Shown: piece by piece, positions 55,274 to 62,483 of the stretch
Layout of the letters: every line of letters begins with the position of its first letter
How positions within the stretch are numbered: position 1 is the first letter of the stretch
DNA from: Chitinophagales bacterium
GTDB lineage: Bacteria > Bacteroidota > Bacteroidia > Chitinophagales > JADIYW01
Assembly: GCA_046329815.1 (NCBI GenBank)
Contig: JAXLTY010000003.1
Span: 18,888-82,887, forward strand
Length of the DNA stretch: 64,000 nt
Reading direction: 5' to 3'
Notes under the pieces: model-generated
What the model was told of the DNA's origin: nothing
Database searches by the model: none
What the model saw: the letters and a program-made list of their open reading frames with translations, nothing else
Made by a program: the position numbers and the translations under genes

Positions 55274-55786
55274 ATGATCCGACAACCGATAAATTTCAAA
55301 AAATGGATCGATGAAAATCGACATTTACTAAAGCCGCCTGTTGGCAATAAAGTGGTATATGAAGACACGAATTTTATGGTGATGGTTGTCGGCGGACCGA
55401 ACTCGAGAAAAGATTTTCACTACAATGAAACGGAAGAATTCTTCTATCAGCTCGAAGGCGATATTTTAGTTAAAATACAAGATGAAGGCAAGATGGTAGA
55501 AGTGCCGATCAAAGAAGGCGAGATTTTTTTGCTGCCTGCAAAAGTACCGCACAATCCGAATCGCAGTGCCAACACGGTTGGTTTAGTGATGGAATACAAA
55601 CGCAGCGAAAATATGAAAGATGGGTTGCTTTGGTTCTGCGAGAAATGCAATAACAAATTGTATGAGGCATATTTTCCATTAGAAAATATCGCTACGCAGT
55701 TTCAAGGCGTATTCAAAACATTTTATGAAAACGAAGATCTGCGCACTTGCAAAAATTGCGGACACGTTATGGAACCACCGAAATAA
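55274..55786 (+). CDS. 3-hydroxyanthranilate 3,4-dioxygenase (cupin)
   Basis: 170 aa with 'FMVMVVGGPNSRKDFHYNETEEFFYQLEGD…PAKVPHNPNR' and the C-terminal rubredoxin-like 'CEKC…CKNCGH'. Confidence 0.9.
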   Translation: MIRQPINFKKWIDENRHLLKPPVGNKVVYEDTNFMVMVVGGPNSRKDFHYNETEEFFYQLEGDILVKIQDEGKMVEVPIKEGEIFLLPAKVPHNPNRSANTVGLVMEYKRSENMKDGLLWFCEKCNNKLYEAYFPLENIATQFQGVFKTFYENEDLRTCKNCGHVMEPPK

Positions 55787-56809
55787 ATGTACATGCATTT
55801 TTTAAAGATCGACATACATACACATATTCTTCCAAAAGAAATTCCGAACTGGAAGGAAAAGTTTGGCTATGGCGGTTTTATTCAACTGGATCATTATAAA
55901 CCCTGCTGCGCAAAAATGCTGCGCGATGATGGTAAATTTTTTCGTGATATAGAGGAAAATTGCTGGTCGCCGGAAACAAGAATCAATGAGTGCAATCATC
56001 ACCAGGTGAATGTGCAGGTGCTGTCAACTGTTCCGGTGATGTTTAGTTACTGGACAAAACCACAGGATGGTTTATATATCGCACAATTTTTAAACGACCA
56101 TATTGCAGCAATCATACAACAATATCCAACGCGTTTTATTGGCTTGGGAACCGTTCCGTTACAGGCACCTGACTTGGCTATTGAAGAATTGAAACGCTGC
56201 AAAAAAATCGGATTAGCCGGTGTACAAATTGGTTCTAATATAAATCAGGAAAATTTAGGCGATGCGAAATTCGCAGATTTTTTTGCTGCGTGTGAAGAAC
56301 TGGAAATGGCTGTCTTTGTGCATCCGTGGGAAATGATGGGCGAGCAAAACATGCAGCAATACTGGCTGCCATGGCTGGTTGGCATGCCTGCAGAAGTTTC
56401 ACGCGCTATCAGTTCATTGATATTTTCAGGCACTTTGGAAAGACTGCCAAAGTTGCGTATTGCCTTTGCACATGGTGGCGGCTCTTTTCCTTCTACAATT
56501 GGCAGAATTGAACACGGCTTTCATGCGCGGCCTGATCTGTGTGCTGTTGACAATAACGTTTCACCAAAACATTACCTGAATAAAATCTATTACGACTCAC
56601 TGGTACACGAACCGATGATGCTGGATTATTTAGTAAAATTAGTGGGCGCAGACCGAATTGCATTAGGCACCGATTATCCGTTTCCGTTAGGTGAACTGGA
56701 ACCGGGAAAATTAATTGAGTCAATGAATTATAGTGATAACATTAAAGAACGTTTATTGTCAGGAACGGCTTTGGAATGGTTGAATTTGGATAGAAATAAA
56801 TTTTTATAA
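55787..56809 (+). CDS. Amidohydrolase, 2-amino-3-carboxymuconate-6-semialdehyde decarboxylase (ACMSD)
   Basis: 340 aa with 'IDIHTHILPKE', 'VFVHPWE', 'FAHGGG' and 'GTDYPFP', the ACMSD metal-ligand pattern. Its ATG directly abuts the upstream stop. Confidence 0.88.
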   Translation: MYMHFLKIDIHTHILPKEIPNWKEKFGYGGFIQLDHYKPCCAKMLRDDGKFFRDIEENCWSPETRINECNHHQVNVQVLSTVPVMFSYWTKPQDGLYIAQFLNDHIAAIIQQYPTRFIGLGTVPLQAPDLAIEELKRCKKIGLAGVQIGSNINQENLGDAKFADFFAACEELEMAVFVHPWEMMGEQNMQQYWLPWLVGMPAEVSRAISSLIFSGTLERLPKLRIAFAHGGGSFPSTIGRIEHGFHARPDLCAVDNNVSPKHYLNKIYYDSLVHEPMMLDYLVKLVGADRIALGTDYPFPLGELEPGKLIESMNYSDNIKERLLSGTALEWLNLDRNKFL

Positions 56810-56821
56810 ATTAGAATTGAC

Positions 56822-58099
56822 ATGAATAGTGATAAAATAATTTATCAAAACAACGAAGCATTTGCAAAAGAAATGGACGCCAAAGATCCATTGTCAAAAT
56901 ACAGACATCTGTTTCATTTTCCTAAAGATGCAACCGGAAATCCGTTATTATATTTCTGCGGAAATTCACTTGGTCTGCAACCTAAATCAGTTCGCAATCA
57001 TATTGAACAGGAATTGTCCGACTGGGAAAACTTAGGCGTTGAAGGACATTTTCATGCAAAACATCCATGGATGCCGTACCACGAATTCCTTACAGAAAAA
57101 ATGGCGCGCATTGTTGGCGCAAAACCAATCGAGGTTGTAGTAATGAATACATTAACTGTCAATTTGCATTTAATGATGGTATCATTTTACCGTCCGACAA
57201 AAAAGAAATATAAAATTGTAATTGAGCAAAGTGCGTTTCCATCGGATCAATATGCGGTGCAATCACAACTAAAATTTCATGGTTATACTATTGAAGATGC
57301 ATTGATAGAATTGAAGCCAAGTAACAATGATATCATAACTAATGAAGACATTGAAAAAGTTATTGCAGAACATGGTGACAGCATTGCGCTGATCATGCTT
57401 GGCGGCGTTAACTATTACACCGGACAAGTATTCAACATGATGCGCATTACTGAAATGGCTCATCAAAAAAATATTATCGTTGGTTTTGATTTGGCGCATG
57501 CTGCCGGAAATATTGACTTACAATTACACGACTGGAATGTTGACTTTGCCGTTTGGTGCAGTTATAAATATTTAAACAGCGGACCTGGTGGTATTGCAGG
57601 TTGTTTCGTGCATGAACGACATGCTAAAGATGATTCGCTTCCCCGTTTTGCCGGCTGGTGGGGCAACAATAAACAAGAGCGTTTTTTAATGGGTGCGAAT
57701 TTTAACGCTATTGAAGGCGCTGAGGGCTGGCAGTTAAGTAATCCGCCCATTTTAGCATTAGCGAGTCTGCGTGCATCTTTAGATATCTTTGATGAAGCAG
57801 GCATGAAAAATTTAATTACAAAAAGTAAGTTACTGACTGGTTATTTAGAATTTTTAATCAATGCAATTAAAAATGATGCTATTGAAATCATTACACCAAC
57901 GAATCCAATTGAACGTGGTGCGCAGCTTTCTATTCGTATAAAAAACAGCAACAAAGATTTCTTTCATCAGTTAACAGCAACCGGCGTGATCTGCGACTGG
58001 CGCGAACCTGATGTTATTCGCCTTGCTCCTGTTCCATTGTATAATTCATTCATGGATGTCTATCAATTCATACAAAAACTAAAATCACTTTTGGTATGA
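56822..58099 (+). CDS. kynU: Kynureninase (PLP-dependent)
   Basis: 425 aa with 'YFCGNSLGLQPK', 'FAVWCSYKYLNSGPGGIAG' (PLP Lys) and 'RFAGWWG'. Confidence 0.92.
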   Translation: MNSDKIIYQNNEAFAKEMDAKDPLSKYRHLFHFPKDATGNPLLYFCGNSLGLQPKSVRNHIEQELSDWENLGVEGHFHAKHPWMPYHEFLTEKMARIVGAKPIEVVVMNTLTVNLHLMMVSFYRPTKKKYKIVIEQSAFPSDQYAVQSQLKFHGYTIEDALIELKPSNNDIITNEDIEKVIAEHGDSIALIMLGGVNYYTGQVFNMMRITEMAHQKNIIVGFDLAHAAGNIDLQLHDWNVDFAVWCSYKYLNSGPGGIAGCFVHERHAKDDSLPRFAGWWGNNKQERFLMGANFNAIEGAEGWQLSNPPILALASLRASLDIFDEAGMKNLITKSKLLTGYLEFLINAIKNDAIEIITPTNPIERGAQLSIRIKNSNKDFFHQLTATGVICDWREPDVIRLAPVPLYNSFMDVYQFIQKLKSLLV

Positions 58100-59478
58100 G
58101 TCAAAAAATTATCATCGTTGGCGCCGGTTTAACTGGTTCTTTATTATCTATTTATTTAGCCAAACGCGATTTCCAAATTGAACTCTTTGAACGCCGACCT
58201 GATATGCGCAAAGTCAATATCAGCGCCGGAAAATCTATTAACCTGGCTTTGTCAACTCGCGGCATTCATGCACTGAAACAAGTTGGTTTAGACACCATCA
58301 TTTTAGAGAACGCCATTCCGATGCGTGGCAGAATGATACATGATGAAAAAGGAAATACCAACCTGCAGCCATACAGTAAAAATGAACATGAATACATCAA
58401 TTCCATTTCGAGAAAAGAACTGAATATTTTATTGATGAACGAAGCGGAAAAATTTCCAAATGTCAGCATTCATTTCAACATGCGTTGTACCGGCATGGAT
58501 GTAAAAACAGGCGAAGCGTTTTTTAATGATGAACGCAATGATACAACTTTAACAGCTAAAGGCGATACTGTTATTGGCACAGATGGTTCTGCTTCTGCCA
58601 TTCGTATGGAGTTTTTAAAATCAGGTCATTTTAATTTTTCGCAGCAATATGAAAACTATGGCTATAAAGAGTTAACGATTCCTGCGACGGACAATAACGG
58701 TTTCCGAATAGAAAAAAATGCCTTGCATATCTGGCCGCGCGGTTCGTACATGATGATCGCTTTGCCCAATGCAGAAGGCGATTTTACATGTACATTGTTT
58801 ATGCCAAACGATCATGCGGAAAAGAATTTGAGTCAATTGAAAACGAAAGAAAATGTGCTGGATTTCTTTAATGAAGTGATGCCTGATGCAGTACCGCACA
58901 TGCCAACTTTACTGGATGATTTTTTCAGCAATCCGACCGGAAGTTTGCTGACAGTGAAATGTTTTCCGTGGCACATCGAAGATAAAGCATTGCTCATCGG
59001 TGACGCGGCACATGCTATGGTTCCGTTCTTCGGACAAGGCATGAATTGTTGTTTTGAAGATTGTTATCATTTTGATTTATTGGTAGAAAAATATGGCGCT
59101 GACTGGCAAACTGTTTTTGAAGAATTCGGCAAACTAAGAAAAGAAAGTGCCGATGCTATTTGTGATTTAGCGGTTGAAAATTTTGTTGAAATGCGCGACC
59201 TGGTTGCCAACTCAACATTTATTTTAAAGAAAAAAGCAGATGCGTTACTGGAAGAACAATATCCTGATTATTTTATTTCAAAATATGCGATGGTCACATT
59301 TCACCGATTACCTTATACCATTGCCAAACAACGCGGACAAATTCAGGATAAAATTTTAATGGAATTGTGCAGTAAGATAAATACGATTGAAGAATTAAAT
59401 GTAGAAGATGCTATTTCAAAGATCAGAGATGCATTCAGAAAAAATGGTATCGAAGAAAAGATTAAATTAAATGATTAA
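58096..59478 (+). CDS. kmo: Kynurenine 3-monooxygenase (FAD-dependent)
   Basis: 460 aa with 'IIIVGAGLTGSLLSIYLAKR' (GxGxxG) and 'LIGDAAHAMVPFFGQGMNCCFED'. It overlaps the kynU stop by 4 nt. Confidence 0.92.
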   Translation: MSQKIIIVGAGLTGSLLSIYLAKRDFQIELFERRPDMRKVNISAGKSINLALSTRGIHALKQVGLDTIILENAIPMRGRMIHDEKGNTNLQPYSKNEHEYINSISRKELNILLMNEAEKFPNVSIHFNMRCTGMDVKTGEAFFNDERNDTTLTAKGDTVIGTDGSASAIRMEFLKSGHFNFSQQYENYGYKELTIPATDNNGFRIEKNALHIWPRGSYMMIALPNAEGDFTCTLFMPNDHAEKNLSQLKTKENVLDFFNEVMPDAVPHMPTLLDDFFSNPTGSLLTVKCFPWHIEDKALLIGDAAHAMVPFFGQGMNCCFEDCYHFDLLVEKYGADWQTVFEEFGKLRKESADAICDLAVENFVEMRDLVANSTFILKKKADALLEEQYPDYFISKYAMVTFHRLPYTIAKQRGQIQDKILMELCSKINTIEELNVEDAISKIRDAFRKNGIEEKIKLND

Positions 59479-59486
59479 AACAAATT

Positions 59487-59867
59487 ATGAAAGACTACAA
59501 AAAATATTACATCATCAACGAAACACCGGAACAGGTTTATATAGCTTTAACGAATCCTGTTACGTTAGAACTTTGGACAGGCGAAGAAGCGGTCATGAGC
59601 ACCGAACCAAACAGCGAATTTTCATTATGGAACGGTGATATAGTCGGCAAGAACTTAGAATTTATTGAAGGCAAAAAAATTGTTCAGGAATGGTATTTCG
59701 GCGATCAGGAACCGGCATCGATTGTAACGATTATTTTGCATGCCGACAAACAAAAAACATCTGCCGAATTACGTCATACCAATATTCCGGATGAAGATTA
59801 TGATGATATTGTTAGTGGCTGGAACGAAAGTTATTTTGGCGCGTTGCAGGCATTTTATGATCTTTAA
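59487..59867 (+). CDS. SRPBCC/Aha1-domain protein
   Basis: 126 aa with 'PEQVYIALTNPVTLELWTG…'. Confidence 0.7.
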   Translation: MKDYKKYYIINETPEQVYIALTNPVTLELWTGEEAVMSTEPNSEFSLWNGDIVGKNLEFIEGKKIVQEWYFGDQEPASIVTIILHADKQKTSAELRHTNIPDEDYDDIVSGWNESYFGALQAFYDL

Positions 59868-59878
59868 ATAAGTAATGA

Positions 59879-60130
59879 ATGCAGGAAGAATCATTAGGAT
59901 GGAATCCGAAAATACTGGAAGAACTGGTAACGACAAAAATGCCTTTCGGAAAATATAAAGACACACTGATCTGCGATATTCCTGCGTATTATTTAGAATG
60001 GTATATACATCGCGCAAAACTGCCTCAAGGAAAACTCGGCATGTTGTTATCAACCATGTACGAAATAAAAACAAATGGTCTGGATGATTTACTGAAACCT
60101 TTAAAAAAAATGAATTTAAATACATTATGA
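59879..60130 (+). CDS. DUF3820-family protein
   Basis: 83 aa. 'MPFGKYKDTLICDIPAYYLEWY' is characteristic of DUF3820. Confidence 0.7.
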   Translation: MQEESLGWNPKILEELVTTKMPFGKYKDTLICDIPAYYLEWYIHRAKLPQGKLGMLLSTMYEIKTNGLDDLLKPLKKMNLNTL

Positions 60131-60137
60131 ATCGTAA

Positions 60138-60205
60138 AGAGATTGCTTCACTTCGTTCGCAATGACGGATACGCTTGCGTCATTGCGAGGCACGAAGCAA
60201 TCTCT
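60138..60205. repeat. R1-family repeat, near-perfect long hairpin
   Basis: 'agagattgcttcacttcgttcgcaatgacg gatacgc ttgcgtcattgcgaggcacgaagcaatctct'. The arms are complementary over about 30 nt with a few mismatches. Confidence 0.85.
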
Positions 60206-60230
60206 TTTTATAATAATAAACTAACTGTTT

Positions 60231-60704
60231 ATGAAATCAGCTTCTTTAAGCGAAGTAAAAAACGAGCTCAGTCATTTAGATAAAAATGAACTGACTGAAT
60301 TATGCCCGCGTCTGGCGCGTTATAAAAAAGAGAATAAAGAACTGCTTTCCTATTTATTATTTGATGCAAGCGATGAAGAAACCTATCGTAAAAACATCAA
60401 AGAACTGATCGATGAAAATTTTGAAGCGATCACGCAAACCAATTTATATTTAGTCAAAAAGAGTTTGCGAAAAATTCTGCGCATTGCAAATAAGCACATT
60501 AAATATTCGCAAAACAAAGAAACAGAAATCGATGTACTGATTCATTTTTGCTCGGTTTTATTTCATTCCAAAATTCCATACAAAAGCAATAAAGTTTTAA
60601 ATAATCTGTATTTAAGCCAGCTTAAGAAAATTAATACTTGCCTTAAAACAGTACATGAAGATCTGCAATACGATTATCTAAAAAAGCTGGATGAATTAGC
60701 ATAA
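60231..60704 (+). CDS. Hypothetical helical protein
   Basis: 157-aa ORF. No motif recognised. Confidence 0.5.
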   Translation: MKSASLSEVKNELSHLDKNELTELCPRLARYKKENKELLSYLLFDASDEETYRKNIKELIDENFEAITQTNLYLVKKSLRKILRIANKHIKYSQNKETEIDVLIHFCSVLFHSKIPYKSNKVLNNLYLSQLKKINTCLKTVHEDLQYDYLKKLDELA

Positions 60705-60785
60705 CTCTATTTAGAACTACATCAAAAACGTTTTTACAGGAAAATACAAATAAAATTCGCCGTAAAACCATTTTTATAGTTTTTT

Positions 60786-61003
60786 CCTCGTATGGGTAGC
60801 AATACCCACGCCATAAAAACCTGTACCCATGCCGTGGGTACGAAAATCCACGCCATGTGTATCGATTTTCCTTGTACAGGTATCAATACCCACGCCATAA
60901 AAACCTGTACCCACGTCATGGGTACGAAAATCCACGTCATGGGTATCGATTTTCCCGGTATAGGTAAAGGTACCCACGGAAAAGGTAACAGCACCCACGA
61001 CAT
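60786..61003. repeat. Tandem array 4: about 2.6 copies of an 84-bp unit built from 21-bp-phased sub-repeats carrying (T/G)ACCCA(C/T)G / its complement
   Basis: The 84-bp period is shown by 'caatacccacgccataaaaacctgtaccca' at 60800 and 60884. The acccac/acccat/atccac motifs at 60804, 60825, 60846 and 60888 are spaced 21, 21 and 42. Confidence 0.85.
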
Positions 61004-61359
61004 CAATAATGCGACCTATGAATAAAAAAATGGCAATAATTACAATATCAAACCAGTTGTGCGGTTTGATTTTTGATTTTAACCACATAGCTCCGAACTT
61101 TAGGAGCATCGTTTTTTAAGATTAGCAATGCGTGCGATACAAAATATTACGTTAAAATAGAAAAATATAGGAATCGCCAAAAGCGATTCTATATGTGTTG
61201 CTATGGCTATCAGACAGATTTGCACCAAACAACAATGTATAGTTATAAATCCTATACTTCTATGTGGTTTAAACCGCACAATGGTTATATCAATAATTTA
61301 TGCAACGGCTATATCCTTAAATCCATTCTTATTCACTTTTAAACCGTAATTTATATAAT

Positions 61360-61502
61360 AGACCTCTTGCGAAATTTACTATTCTGCGCATCGCGCGTCA
61401 TTGCGAACCCAGTGAAGGAATCTCTTTGCCATTCAAATAAGATGGCTTCGTGCCTCGCCATGACGCGTGCGCGTGAGATTTCTTGAATTTCGCAAGAAGT
61501 CT
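61360..61502. mobile_element. MITE-like element: 17-bp terminal inverted repeats (agacctcttgcgaaatt / aatttcgcaagaagtct, 16/17) enclosing an R1-family repeat
   Basis: Arms at 61360-61376 and 61486-61502. The interior contains 'gcgtcattgcgaa…' and 'ggcttcgtgcctcgccatgacgcg' words. Confidence 0.4.
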
Positions 61503-61622
61503 AATCGGATAGCTGAAGACTGCCTGATAAAACCTATAAAAATCTACTTAGTTAACCGCATTGCATTTTTATAATTTTTTCTATCTATATTCATACTGCA
61601 AAATCAACTTTCTGAACCTTTT

Positions 61623-62366
61623 ATGAAGCCGAAATTATTGTTATCTGTTTTTCTATTTTTTCTTTCTTGTAAAATGATAGTTGCGCAAAATAATCCGGCA
61701 GCTTTGACTATAACGCATTTAACAGATAATTTCTACATCTACGTTACTTATCAACCGATTGAAGGCGAACCCTATCCTGCGAATGCGATGTACCTGGTCA
61801 CCGACAAAGGTGTGGTTTTATTTGATACGCCATGGGATTCTACGCAGTTTCAGCCATTGCTCGACAGCATTGAAAATCGCCATCACAAAAAAGTGATCTT
61901 ATGCATTTCAACGCATTTTCATGCAGACAGAACGGCAGGTTTGGAATATTACAAACATCAAAATATCAAAACCTACACTTCAAAACAGACATTCGATCTG
62001 TGCGCTGCCAACCAGGAAAAACAATCTGAATTTTATTTTACCAAAGACACGGTTTTTACTGTTGGAAACTATACATTTCAAACTTATTTTCCGGGCGCAG
62101 GTCATTCTCCGGACAACATTGTGGTCTGGCTTCCCAAAAACAGTATTTTATATGGCGGTTGCTTTATAAAAAGTACTGAAGCGGAAACGCTTGGGAACCT
62201 TTCTGATGCTAATCCAAGCGAATGGATGAAGTCAATAAAAAAAGTAAGAAAACTCTTGCCCAACGTGCAGTATGTGATACCGGGACATTTGGACTGGAAT
62301 AACAATAAAAGTTTGAATCACACGCAAAAATTACTCATGAAATACCGTTTGGCAAACGAACGTTAG
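61623..62366 (+). CDS. Subclass B1 metallo-beta-lactamase
   Basis: 247 aa with a signal peptide, 'STHFHADRTAG' (HxHxD), 'GAGHSPDNIVVWLP', 'LYGGCFIK' (Zn2 Cys) and 'IPGHLDW'. This is the canonical B1 motif order. Confidence 0.88.
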   Translation: MKPKLLLSVFLFFLSCKMIVAQNNPAALTITHLTDNFYIYVTYQPIEGEPYPANAMYLVTDKGVVLFDTPWDSTQFQPLLDSIENRHHKKVILCISTHFHADRTAGLEYYKHQNIKTYTSKQTFDLCAANQEKQSEFYFTKDTVFTVGNYTFQTYFPGAGHSPDNIVVWLPKNSILYGGCFIKSTEAETLGNLSDANPSEWMKSIKKVRKLLPNVQYVIPGHLDWNNNKSLNHTQKLLMKYRLANER

Positions 62367-62483
62367 TATATTGATTATCATTGCAAAAGCAGAAATTTCA
62401 CAACACAATTTTCTTCAAAAGTTATCCATACTTGTTTATTTTACGTTTACTGAAAATGGCTTTTTACAAATTATATTTGTTTC

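Noticed and set aside
60734-61109. Track ORFs 60734..61006 (-), 60792..61025 (+) and 60774..61109 (-) over array 4.
   Set aside because: The first two are pure repeat translations. The 111-aa ORF has a plausible TM helix but its remainder is repeat-encoded, and its N-terminus coincides with an inverted-repeat arm. I did not call it as a CDS and left it as an open question in the findings.
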